A stretch of 64,000 nucleotides of DNA from Candidatus Eiseniibacteriota bacterium (GTDB taxonomy: Bacteria; Eisenbacteria; RBG-16-71-46; JABDJR01): NCBI GenBank assembly GCA_963762255.1, contig CAVXKA010000001.1, forward strand, positions 320,001-384,000. The letters are read 5' to 3'. Shown in pieces: positions 51,978 through 60,824 of the stretch. Made by a program: the position numbers and the translations under genes. Below the pieces are notes generated by a model that was not told the DNA's origin, did no database searches, and saw only the letters and a list, made by a program, of their open reading frames with translations. How positions within the stretch are numbered: position 1 is the first letter of the stretch; every line of letters begins with the position of its first letter.

Positions 51978-51985
51978 GCCGATAT
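51978..51985 (+). promoter_or_regulatory. sigma28-type -10 box GCCGATAT
   Basis: 52 bp upstream of the start at 52037. Confidence 0.45.
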
Positions 51986-52036
51986 TTGTCCGTATCGAAT
52001 GCGTTGAGCGGGCCGACCCCAGCGAGGAGCACACAC

Positions 52037-52648
52037 ATGAAGAACCGCCTTTTCCAACTGCTGAGCCGGGGCGCCCCGGTCGTTCTTCTCATCGCGCTCT
52101 CCGTCGCGCCAGCCGGGGCCGCCGTCCTCGGCATCGGCGTGCATGGCGGCTGCGTCAAGGCCTATGACGCCGACGAGGGAACCGGCGCGTATGGCGCCCA
52201 CCTCGACCTCCACCTGTCGCCGTGGTTCGCGCTGCAAGGCTCGGTCGACGCGTGGCTGGAAGAGAGCATCCCGCTGAACTCCGATACGTCGGTCGGCGAT
52301 CTCAAGGTGAAGAGCATGCCGCTCACCGTGACCGCGCGGCTCTACCTACCCATTTCGTCCACCTTTGCCCCGTTCGCGGGGGCCGGCGCGGGCATCTACT
52401 ACGTCGAGAAGAACTACCCGAAATCGCTGAACGATCTCCACATCAACGACGACACTACCCAGGAGTTCGGCTGGCACGCGGCGGCCGGGGTGGAGGTCAA
52501 GATCGCTCGGTTCGTTTCCGTCTACGGCGAAGGGCGCGCGATCTTCGCCGACACCGGCCACAAGTTGGACGACAACGTGGTCTCGGACATCAAGGATTTC
52601 AACTATGACTCGGTGGCCTTCACCGGCGGTCTCACCATTCATTTCTAG
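52037..52648 (+). CDS. Outer-membrane 8-stranded beta-barrel protein (OmpW/OmpA-like)
   Basis: SD GAGGAG; signal peptide; PFAGAGAGIY, GWHAAAGVE; C-terminal Phe. Confidence 0.8.
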   Translation: MKNRLFQLLSRGAPVVLLIALSVAPAGAAVLGIGVHGGCVKAYDADEGTGAYGAHLDLHLSPWFALQGSVDAWLEESIPLNSDTSVGDLKVKSMPLTVTARLYLPISSTFAPFAGAGAGIYYVEKNYPKSLNDLHINDDTTQEFGWHAAAGVEVKIARFVSVYGEGRAIFADTGHKLDDNVVSDIKDFNYDSVAFTGGLTIHF

Positions 52649-52681
52649 CCGCGGAACAGGTCGAGGGGAAGGGGGCGAGCC

Positions 52682-53833
52682 GTGAATCGTTGGCTCAAGA
52701 GAATCCTGGTTCTCGCCGCGGTGGCGGCGGTCATCGTGGTGCTGAGGATGACCGTGTTCCGCCCGGAGCCGGTGCCGGTGACCGTACATCAGGTCGGGCG
52801 GGGCCGCGTCGAGGACTCGGTGGTGAACTCGCGCGCGGGCACGATCAAGTCCCGACTGCGCGCCCAGATGAGCCCCGGTATCTCCGGCCTCGTCACCGCC
52901 ATCCCGGTGAAGAAGGGGACTCCCGTGAAGCGGGGCGAGGTCATGCTTCGCATCGACGACGGCGAATACCGCGCTCAGCGGAACCTGGCCGCGCGCTCGC
53001 TCGACGCGGCCAAGGCGGCGGCCAATCAGGCTTGCCTCGCCGCCGATCAGACCGCGCGGGACCGCGCCCGCGCCGAGGGCATGGCCCAGAGCAATCTCAT
53101 CTCCGAGCAGGCGCTGGAAGCGGCGCGCACCCAGGCCGAGACCGCCGCCGCCGCATGCACCGCGACGCGCGAGCAGGTGAAGCAGGCCGAGGCCTCGGTG
53201 GCCGCCGCGCAAGCCATCCTCGACAAGACGGTGATGACCGCGCCCTTCGACGGGGTGGTGCTGGACGTCACCACCGAGGTCGGCGAGTGGGTCACGCCGT
53301 CGCCGCCCGGCGTGCTGATCCCGTCGGTGATCGACGTGATCGATCCCGATTCGCTATATGTCAGCGCGCCGCTTGACGAGGCCGACGTGGCGCGCGTGCA
53401 TCCCGGGCTTCCGGTGCGCATCACCATGGACGCGTTCCGCGGAAAGTCGTTCCCGGGCACGCTCTCCTATGTGTCGTCCTTCGTGGAAACGCGCCAGGAG
53501 CAGAACCGCACGCTCACGGTGGAGGCGGTGTTCACGGAGGGAGGCCTTCCTCCCAACGTGCTGCCTGGACTCTCCGCCGACGTCGAGGTGATTCTCGATG
53601 CCCACGACGACGTCGTGCGCATCCCCACCTACGCGCTTCTGGAGGGGAGCCGCGTCCTGGTGGTGCGCGGCGAGAAGCTGGAGTCGGTCGAGGTGAAGAC
53701 CGGGTTGCGCAACTGGGAGTTCACGGAGGTGACATCCGGCCTTGAGGTGAATGATCGCGTCGTGGTCTCGCTGGACCGCCCCGAGGTCAAGGCGGGCGCC
53801 AAGATCCGCGTCACCACGGAGTCCGGAAAATGA
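52682..53833 (+). CDS. MacA-like membrane fusion (periplasmic adaptor) protein
   Basis: G.V..I.VK.G..VKRG, coiled hairpin, APFDGVV, DEAD, PGLSADV, VKTGL. Confidence 0.88.
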   Translation: MNRWLKRILVLAAVAAVIVVLRMTVFRPEPVPVTVHQVGRGRVEDSVVNSRAGTIKSRLRAQMSPGISGLVTAIPVKKGTPVKRGEVMLRIDDGEYRAQRNLAARSLDAAKAAANQACLAADQTARDRARAEGMAQSNLISEQALEAARTQAETAAAACTATREQVKQAEASVAAAQAILDKTVMTAPFDGVVLDVTTEVGEWVTPSPPGVLIPSVIDVIDPDSLYVSAPLDEADVARVHPGLPVRITMDAFRGKSFPGTLSYVSSFVETRQEQNRTLTVEAVFTEGGLPPNVLPGLSADVEVILDAHDDVVRIPTYALLEGSRVLVVRGEKLESVEVKTGLRNWEFTEVTSGLEVNDRVVVSLDRPEVKAGAKIRVTTESGK

Positions 53834-54579
53834 GTGCGCCCTCGGGCGGCGCCGGCGGCCCTTCAGAAGCCTCGGCCTCCGCGATGATCTCGCTGCGCGG
53901 CATCTCTCGCACCTATGACGTCGGCGGACGACCGGTGCGCGCGCTGCGCGACTTCGACCTGGACATCGCCACCGGCGAGTACGTCTCGATCATGGGGCCG
54001 TCGGGCTCCGGAAAGTCCACGCTCCTCAACATCGTGGGCTGCCTCGACCGGCCCAACTCCGGTTCGTACAAGCTCGACGGCGAGGAGACCGCCGATCTCT
54101 CCGAGACTGAACTCTCGCGCGTGCGCCGCCACAAGATCGGGTTCGTCTTCCAGTTCTTCCACCTCGTGCCGCGGTTGACCGCGGCCGAGAACGTGGAGCT
54201 GCCGATGGTCTTCGCGGGGACCGACGCGCGCGAACGTCGCGAACGCGCGGCGCGCGCGCTCGCCTCGGTGGGGTTGGCCGACCGCGTGCATCACCGGCCG
54301 GACCAGCTCTCGGGGGGCGAGCGCCAACGAGTCGCCGTCGCACGCGCGATGGTCATGGACCCGGCGATCCTCCTGGCCGACGAGCCCACCGGAAACCTCG
54401 ACAGCGCGTCCGGCGCGGAGATCGTGGAGCTGATCGAGACCATGAACGCGCACGGGTTGACGCTCTTGGTCGTCACCCACGATCCGGCGATCGGCGGGCG
54501 GGCGCGGCGGCGGATCCGGCTCGCGGACGGGGTGAAGGCGGCGGACGAGGGGCATGCGCCGGCCGTCGGCCAGACCTGA
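53830..54579 (+). CDS. MacB/LolD-type ABC ATP-binding protein
   Basis: GPSGSGKST, GFVFQ, LSGGERQR, ILLADEPTGNLD, VTHD. Confidence 0.92.
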   Translation: MSAPSGGAGGPSEASASAMISLRGISRTYDVGGRPVRALRDFDLDIATGEYVSIMGPSGSGKSTLLNIVGCLDRPNSGSYKLDGEETADLSETELSRVRRHKIGFVFQFFHLVPRLTAAENVELPMVFAGTDARERRERAARALASVGLADRVHHRPDQLSGGERQRVAVARAMVMDPAILLADEPTGNLDSASGAEIVELIETMNAHGLTLLVVTHDPAIGGRARRRIRLADGVKAADEGHAPAVGQT

Positions 54580-54613
54580 ACGCATTGTGCCCTAAAGAGT
54601 TGTGGCTGTCTTC

Positions 54614-54659
54614 GCTAATTGTCAATTGAATTGACAATTAGCCATAGAGTCTCTATCCT
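54614..54659 (+). promoter_or_regulatory. 29-bp inverted repeat overlapping promoter TTGACA-N17-TATCCT
   Basis: GCTAATTGTCAATT-G-AATTGACAATTAGC (54614-54642); -35 at 54631-54636, -10 at 54654-54659; ATG 6 nt after the -10. Confidence 0.8.
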
Positions 54660-54665
54660 GGCCCC

Positions 54666-55856
54666 ATGTTCATCCCTCGGGCGGCCGGCGACAGACTCCT
54701 CCAGTTGGCTCGGGAGTACCCGGTTCTGGCTGTGACGGGCCCCCGCCAATCGGGCAAGACGACCTTGGTGAGACGGCTCTTCGAGCAACTCCCCTACGTC
54801 TCCCTCGAAGAGCCGGATGTGCGCCGTCTCGCCACCGAAGATCCACGCAGGTTCCTCGCTTCGTACCTCGACGGTGCCGTGCTGGACGAAGTGCAGCGCG
54901 CTCCGGAGATCCTCTCGTACCTGCAGACTCTGGTTGACCGGGATCCCCGGCCCGGCCGCTTCGTGCTCACAGGATCGCAGCAGTTCGGACTGCTGGACCG
55001 CATCACGCAGACTCTCGCGGGGCGGATCGCGCTCGTGCCGCTGCTTCCCTTCTCATACACCGAGCTTGCCGCCGCGGGCCGAGCGCCCGACCGGCTCGAG
55101 AATCTGCTGTTCCAGGGGCTCTATCCACCGATCCACGATCGCGGACTGGACCCTGGCACGTGGTACGGCAACTACGTGACAACATACGTGGAACGAGACG
55201 TTCGCCAGATGGTCAACGTACGCGAGTTGAGCGGATTCGATCGGTTCGTTCGCATGTGCGCGGCGCGCTGCGGACAGATCCTGAACCTCTCGGGGCTTGC
55301 CGCCGACTGCGGCATCACGCACAACACGGCCCGGGCATGGCTGTCCGTGCTGGAGGCCAGCTATCTGGTGCACCTTCTTCCGGCGCATCACCGCAATTTC
55401 TCCAAGCGCTTGATGAAATCCCCTAAGCTCTACTTTTTGGACACAGGTCTTGCAGCCTGGCTTCTCGGGATTCAGAGCCCCGATGCGCTGCTCACCCACG
55501 CAATGCGCGGCGCGCTCTTCGAGTCCTGGGTCGTCTCGGAACTCCTCAAGGGTCGTCACCTCAAGGCTCCCGGCTCGAATCTCTACTTCTGGCGCGACCG
55601 CTCTGGCTTGGAGGTCGACGTACTGGTCGATCAAGGCGAGATGCTGGTGCCCGTCGAGGCCAAGTCGGGACAGACCGTGGCTTCCGATTTCACGACCGGC
55701 ATCCGACGTTGGAGCGCGCTGGCCGGAGCCGCCGCCGCGCGCGGGTGGGTGGTCTACGGGGGCGACGCGGCCGTCCCGCGGGACGAAGCCGAAGTGCTAC
55801 CCTGGAAGCAGATCGCACGATTGGTGAGCGAACTCAACCCGACACCTCAACTCTGA
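54666..55856 (+). CDS. AAA_14 ATPase + DUF4143 (winged helix + PD-(D/E)XK-like) protein
   Basis: GPRQSGKTT, LDEVQ, LTGS, LAGR, YVERDV, KSPKLYFLDTGL, GALFE, WRD..G.EVD, P.EAKS. Confidence 0.88.
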   Translation: MFIPRAAGDRLLQLAREYPVLAVTGPRQSGKTTLVRRLFEQLPYVSLEEPDVRRLATEDPRRFLASYLDGAVLDEVQRAPEILSYLQTLVDRDPRPGRFVLTGSQQFGLLDRITQTLAGRIALVPLLPFSYTELAAAGRAPDRLENLLFQGLYPPIHDRGLDPGTWYGNYVTTYVERDVRQMVNVRELSGFDRFVRMCAARCGQILNLSGLAADCGITHNTARAWLSVLEASYLVHLLPAHHRNFSKRLMKSPKLYFLDTGLAAWLLGIQSPDALLTHAMRGALFESWVVSELLKGRHLKAPGSNLYFWRDRSGLEVDVLVDQGEMLVPVEAKSGQTVASDFTTGIRRWSALAGAAAARGWVVYGGDAAVPRDEAEVLPWKQIARLVSELNPTPQL

Positions 55857-55860
55857 ACCT

Positions 55861-57066
55861 ATGCGCTTCGCTGATCTCCTTCGCTTCTCCGCCGGCGGCC
55901 TGCGCGGGCATCGTCTGCGCACCGGGCTCTCCCTGCTCGGCGTGTCGATCGGCGTGGCGTCGGTCATCATGCTCACCAGCCTCGGCGAGGGCGCCCGCCT
56001 CTACGTGACCGGCGAGTTCGCCTCGATGGGGAGCAACCTGCTCATCCTTCTCCCCGGCAAGACGGAGACGTTCGGCGGCGCACCGATGATCAGCACCGCT
56101 CCCCACGACCTCACCGTGGACGACGTGGAGGCGGTGGTGCGTCGGGTTCCGCAGATCCGCCGCGCCGCGCCGCTGGCCCTCGGAACGGCCAAGGCTTCGT
56201 ACGGCGACAAGAGTCGCGACGTCACCGTGGCCGGCACCACGTACGACATGCTCGTCATCCGCAGCCTCTCGCTGTCGATCGGCCGGTTCCTCCCCGAGGG
56301 CGTGCGCGACGCACCGGTGGCGGTGATCGGCGCCAAGGTGCAGCGCGAGCTGTTCGGCAACGAGAGCCCGCTCGGCGAGACCATCCGCATCGGCGAATGG
56401 CGGTTCCGGGTGATCGGGGTCATCGCCGCGCGCGGCACGTCGGTCGGGATGAACATGGACGAGATCATCGACATCCCGGTGGACACCGCGCTTCGCGTGT
56501 TCAACCGCACGAGCCTCTTTCGCGTGCTCTGCGAGGTGACCTCGCACGAACAGATGGACGCGGCCCGCGACGGCGCGATCGCGGTGCTCAAGGAACGCCA
56601 CGACCAGGAGGAGGACGTGACCGCGCTCACCCAGGATGCGCTCCTCGCCACCTTCACCCAGATCCTGCGCGTGCTGACGCTGGCTCTGGCCGGCATCGCC
56701 GCGATCTCCCTGAGCGTGGCCGGTATCGGCATCATGAACGTGATGCTGGTGTCGGTGGCGGAACGCACACGCGAGGTGGGGCTGTTGAAGGCCGTCGGGG
56801 TCACGCGCGGCCAGGTGGTCGCGGTGTTCCTCATCGAGGCCACCATCATCTCGACCGCGGGCGGCCTGGTGGGGCTCGCCGCCGGCCTCGGCGGCGGGAA
56901 ACTGCTCATGCACTTCTACCCGGACTTCCCGGTGCAGCCCCCGGTGTGGGCGGTGGTCGCTGCGCTCGTCATCTCGATCTCGGTGGGGCTTCTCTTCGGC
57001 AGCCTCCCTGCAAGGCGCGCTGCGGCGTTGGATCCGGTGGAAGCGCTCATGCGGAGGCGGGCATGA
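55861..57066 (+). CDS. MacB/FtsX-type ABC permease
   Basis: RT.LS.LG..IGVASVI, GIGIMNVMLVSV.ERTREVG, PARRAA.LDP. Confidence 0.9.
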   Translation: MRFADLLRFSAGGLRGHRLRTGLSLLGVSIGVASVIMLTSLGEGARLYVTGEFASMGSNLLILLPGKTETFGGAPMISTAPHDLTVDDVEAVVRRVPQIRRAAPLALGTAKASYGDKSRDVTVAGTTYDMLVIRSLSLSIGRFLPEGVRDAPVAVIGAKVQRELFGNESPLGETIRIGEWRFRVIGVIAARGTSVGMNMDEIIDIPVDTALRVFNRTSLFRVLCEVTSHEQMDAARDGAIAVLKERHDQEEDVTALTQDALLATFTQILRVLTLALAGIAAISLSVAGIGIMNVMLVSVAERTREVGLLKAVGVTRGQVVAVFLIEATIISTAGGLVGLAAGLGGGKLLMHFYPDFPVQPPVWAVVAALVISISVGLLFGSLPARRAAALDPVEALMRRRA

Positions 57067-58265
57067 GCTTCGAGGACGTCTTCACCCAGGCGTGGCGCGC
57101 GGTGCGCGGGCATCGGCAGCGCTCCGCGCTGACGATGCTCGGCATCACGATCGGCATCGCCTCGGTGATCCTCCTCACCTCGATCGGCGAGGGGACGCGC
57201 GTTTACATCCTGAACCAATTTACGCAGTTCGGAACGAATCTGGTGTCGGTCAATCCCGGCCACACGGAGACTTCGGGGTCGCCGCATGGACTGGCCGGCA
57301 CCGTGAACCCGCTGACGCTCGCCGACTGCGATGCGCTGACGAGGCTGCGCGGCGTGGAGAAGGTGATCCCGGTCGCGATGGGCGCGGCGCCGGTCGAGCG
57401 CGAAGAGAAGACCCGCAACGTGTTCGTCTACGGTGTCACTTCCGACGCCGCCGAGGTCTGGAAGATGGGCGTGCGGGTGGGCCGCTTCCTGCCACCGGGA
57501 GATCCTGACTACGGATCGCCGGTGGCCGTGCTCGGCCCCACGCTCAAACGCGAACTCTTCGGCGAGCGCAATTCGCTCGGCGAGCACGTCCGCATCGCCG
57601 GGCAGCGCTTCCTGGTCATCGGGGTCATGGACGCGAAAGGGCAGTTCCTCGGCATCGACATCGACGATGCGGCCTACATTCCGGTGTCGCTGGCCATGCC
57701 GATGTTCAACCGGCAGGACCTGCAAGAGATCGATGTTCTGGTGAACAACGCGTCGGTCACCGACTCCGTCGTCGTCGCCATGCGGCGCACGCTCATGGAC
57801 CGACACAACGGCGACGAGGACTTCACGATCACCACCCAGAACGAGATGCTCGACACGCTGGGACGCATCATCGGGATCATCAGCCTGGCGGTGGGCGGAA
57901 TCGGCGGGATCTCGCTCCTCGTCGGCGCGATCGGCATTCTCACCATGATGTGGATCTCGGTGAGCGAGCGCACCGCGGAGATCGGGCTGATCAAGGCGAT
58001 TGGAGCCACTCCGCAGCAGATCCTCTGGCTCTATCTGAGCGAGGCCGCGCTGCTCTCGACCGGAGGCGGCGTGCTGGGGCTCGTGAGCGGCATGGGCCTC
58101 GCGCAACTGCTCCATCTCTTGGTGCCGGCGCTACCGGTGCGCACGCCCCCCGAGTACGTCGCGCTGGCAATGGGGGTGAGCCTCACGGTGGGGCTCGTGA
58201 GCGGCATCCTTCCCGCGCGGCGCGCCGCGGCACTGGACCCCATCGAGGCGTTGGCGGCAGAGTAG
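57063..58265 (+). CDS. MacB/FtsX-type ABC permease (second subunit)
   Basis: RSALTMLGITIGIASVI, SERTAEIG, PARRAAALDPIEAL; ATGA overlap. Confidence 0.9.
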   Translation: MSFEDVFTQAWRAVRGHRQRSALTMLGITIGIASVILLTSIGEGTRVYILNQFTQFGTNLVSVNPGHTETSGSPHGLAGTVNPLTLADCDALTRLRGVEKVIPVAMGAAPVEREEKTRNVFVYGVTSDAAEVWKMGVRVGRFLPPGDPDYGSPVAVLGPTLKRELFGERNSLGEHVRIAGQRFLVIGVMDAKGQFLGIDIDDAAYIPVSLAMPMFNRQDLQEIDVLVNNASVTDSVVVAMRRTLMDRHNGDEDFTITTQNEMLDTLGRIIGIISLAVGGIGGISLLVGAIGILTMMWISVSERTAEIGLIKAIGATPQQILWLYLSEAALLSTGGGVLGLVSGMGLAQLLHLLVPALPVRTPPEYVALAMGVSLTVGLVSGILPARRAAALDPIEALAAE

Positions 58266-58294
58266 GGGCGAGGTCCAAGCGTGGCGCTTCGCAT

Positions 58295-58361
58295 GTCGCG
58301 GGTCGTCCTCGCCGAAGGGACCCCCGCTTCGCGGCCCTTCGGACTGCGGTCGACCCGCGAC
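58295..58361 (-). repeat. REP-like structured palindromic repeat, copy 2 (inverted relative to 28028-28098)
   Basis: Same ~53-bp core; different but still complementary outer stem. Confidence 0.8.
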
Positions 58362-58387
58362 CCGCTACGCGCCGCGCACACGCACCC

Positions 58388-58409
58388 CGAGTCCAGCCGG
58401 CTGGACTCG
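58388..58409. repeat. Perfect 22-bp palindrome CGAGTCCAGCCGGCTGGACTCG
   Basis: Self-complementary; in a convergent gap next to the REP-like repeat. Confidence 0.7.
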
Positions 58410-58432
58410 CCACGCGAAGCCCGCGAGGGCGG

Positions 58433-59137
58433 TCAGTAGCGCTGCTTGATCCGGCTCCAAGTCGTCGGCACTACGGGCACGTCGGCAAGGCAGGGGTTGA
58501 AACCCGGCGACGCGCCGAATCCGACTCGCGCCGCCGGCGCAAGCTGCGGATGCTCGACGCCGACGCAATCGATCACCACCATCTCGGAGTCCGGCGTGTC
58601 CGGGTTGCCGGTGACTTCGAAAACACCGCCACCGTAGGCATACACGTAGAAGACCGCGGCCAACGTATGTACGCCCTCCGCGCCGACCGTCGCGCGCTGG
58701 CAGTTCGCGACGGGATCCCAGGTGATGCGGTTTCCGGTGCCTGCCGCAGGCCAGCCACCGGTCACCTCCGCGTCGGCGCAGATCCAGTAACCGAACACGT
58801 CCACGCCGACGAATTCGGCGGCCTCGTAGTCGATGCCGCAGGAGAGTCCGGCAACACCGGCCGTGACGTCCGGGCTCACCGCCATGAGATAGATCGCCCG
58901 CTCGACGACCCCGACCCCTCCCTGCACGTTGTACTCGGAGCACGGGATCTCCATGACCGCGGAGATTACGGAGTTACTGCAAAGATCCACGGCTTCGCGT
59001 AGTACGCCGGACTTCGGACTGTACCTCTGCCCTTCGTGCAGCGCGATGACCGGTGCGAGGGCGGCTTCGCCGGCGAAGGCCGGGGCCGCGACTGTGGAGA
59101 GAGCCGCAAGGAGAAAAAGAACGCCCATCGGTCGCAT
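58433..59137 (-). CDS. Secreted single-domain paralog of the Cys-rich N-terminal domain of 42042/44471, ending TTWSRIKQRY
   Basis: SD AGGAG; signal peptide; shared TAGVAG..C.I.Y, GVDVFG...CAD, WP..G..N.ITW, CQR...G.EGVH..A..FYVYAY, NPC. Confidence 0.78.
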   Translation of the reverse strand: MRPMGVLFLLAALSTVAAPAFAGEAALAPVIALHEGQRYSPKSGVLREAVDLCSNSVISAVMEIPCSEYNVQGGVGVVERAIYLMAVSPDVTAGVAGLSCGIDYEAAEFVGVDVFGYWICADAEVTGGWPAAGTGNRITWDPVANCQRATVGAEGVHTLAAVFYVYAYGGGVFEVTGNPDTPDSEMVVIDCVGVEHPQLAPAARVGFGASPGFNPCLADVPVVPTTWSRIKQRY

Positions 59138-59186
59138 GGTTTGAACTCCTGGGCACGGGGGGTAGCGGGAGTGTACACCCGGGTGA

Positions 59187-59981
59187 TCACTTTCCCCGCG
59201 TGACCGCCAGCACTTCGTCGAGCACGAGCCCATTGGTGGCGATCCCTTCCCCGCCGTCGATCCGGGCCGCACCGCTCCAATCGGTGAACGTGCCCCCCGC
59301 CTCTTCGAGAATCGGCAACATCGCCGCTGCGTCCCACACCGCCATGCGGGGATCGATCATCACCTCGGCGCGGCCCGTCGCCACCAGCGCGTATCCATAG
59401 CAATCGCCCCAGGACCGCGTGAGCCGCGCCCGCGCCTGCAATGCGTCGTAGACCGCGCGCCGGCCCAGCCGTTCGTACGTGGCGGTCGATGTCGTGGTGA
59501 AGAGTCCGTCGGCGAGCCGCGCGCACGATGACACCCGCGCGGGACGCTCCGCCGCTCCCGGCCTGGACCACCACGCACCACCGCCGCGCATGGCGTACAC
59601 GGTCTCTTCGAGGGCGGGCAGGTGGATCACGCCGACTAGCGGGCGGCCATCGAGTTCCACGCCGATCAACGTGCCGTAGAGCGGCACGCCGTGGATGAAT
59701 GACTTGGTGCCGTCGATGGGATCGAGGATCCACCGCCAACCGCTCGTGCCCGCGGCCTCCCCCATCTCCTCGCCCAGCATCCCGTCGTGAGGGAACGCGG
59801 CGGCGATGCGACGGCGCAGGTGCGTTTCCGCCTCGCGGTCGGCAATGGTGACCGGCGAGTCGTCCCCCTTGCGCTCCACCACCAGGTCTGCGCGGCAGAA
59901 GTGCGCAAGTGTGAGCCGCCCCGCCTCGGTCGCGATTTCCAGCGCCAGGGACAGCCGGTGCTTCAGGTCCATCGAATCCAT
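59187..59981 (-). CDS. hisN: Histidinol-phosphatase, inositol-monophosphatase family
   Basis: SPVTIADREAE, GEE, WILDPIDGTKSF, WGDCYGY, WDAAA. Confidence 0.8.
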   Translation of the reverse strand: MDSMDLKHRLSLALEIATEAGRLTLAHFCRADLVVERKGDDSPVTIADREAETHLRRRIAAAFPHDGMLGEEMGEAAGTSGWRWILDPIDGTKSFIHGVPLYGTLIGVELDGRPLVGVIHLPALEETVYAMRGGGAWWSRPGAAERPARVSSCARLADGLFTTTSTATYERLGRRAVYDALQARARLTRSWGDCYGYALVATGRAEVMIDPRMAVWDAAAMLPILEEAGGTFTDWSGAARIDGGEGIATNGLVLDEVLAVTRGK

Positions 59982-60008
59982 GACCGTCTCCTCAGGCGCG
60001 TGGCGCGG

Positions 60009-60815
60009 CTATTGAACCGCTTTCCACAGGAACCCCGCCTTCTCCATCCGTGCTTCGATCCGCCCCACGTGCCGTGCGTACGCGCGGCTCGTGCTCCCCG
60101 GATGCCAGCGCGACGGGCGCGACAAACCCGCCGCGAGCTGCGCCGCCTCGTTCTCCCCCAGATCGCGCGCGCTCTTGCCGAAGTAGTGCCGTGCGGCGGC
60201 CTCGGCGCCATACACGCCCGGACCGAACTCCACCACGTTGAGATAGAGCTCCAGGATGCGCCTCTTGCTCAGGTCCTTCTCCAGCTCGCGCGTCAGCAAC
60301 AGCTCCTTCGCCTTGCGCAGCGGATTGCGCGACGGGGAGAGCCAGAGGTTCTTGGCCAGTTGCTGCGTGATGGTGGACGCGCCCCGAGGCGCCTCGCGAT
60401 CCTCCCACGCCTCCTCGATCGCCTTGCGGATCTCCTCGGCGTCGAAGCCGTGATGCGAGAAGAAATTGATGTCCTCGGCCACGATCACCGCGCGCTTCAG
60501 GTGCGGCGAGATGGCGCCGTACGACGCCCACCGCCACCCGACGTTCGCACCCGGGTTCCGGTGCTTGTAGCTCTCGATGAAGCTGGTGGTCTTCGGATTC
60601 TCGCGCGCGAGCTTGCCGACCCGAGGCCAGGTGATCGCCTCGTAGCCGGCGAAGAGCACGGCCAGCGCGAGCGGCGCAAGGAGCGCGATCAGGCAGCCGC
60701 GGCCCAGGCGGCGCTTTCGCGCCGCCCGGGCCGCACCTTCAGGCAGCGGCTCGATGTCGGGCGGCGGCGAGTCCGCAGGCGGCGACTCCGCGGGCGGTGT
60801 CGGCTCCCCGGTCAC
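60009..60815 (-). CDS. mtgA: Monofunctional peptidoglycan transglycosylase
   Basis: AED..F..HHGFD, RGASTITQQLAKNL, RKAKE, KRRILELYLN. Confidence 0.9.
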   Translation of the reverse strand: MTGEPTPPAESPPADSPPPDIEPLPEGAARAARKRRLGRGCLIALLAPLALAVLFAGYEAITWPRVGKLARENPKTTSFIESYKHRNPGANVGWRWASYGAISPHLKRAVIVAEDINFFSHHGFDAEEIRKAIEEAWEDREAPRGASTITQQLAKNLWLSPSRNPLRKAKELLLTRELEKDLSKRRILELYLNVVEFGPGVYGAEAAARHYFGKSARDLGENEAAQLAAGLSRPSRWHPGSTSRAYARHVGRIEARMEKAGFLWKAVQ

Positions 60816-60824
60816 GCTGGTGCC

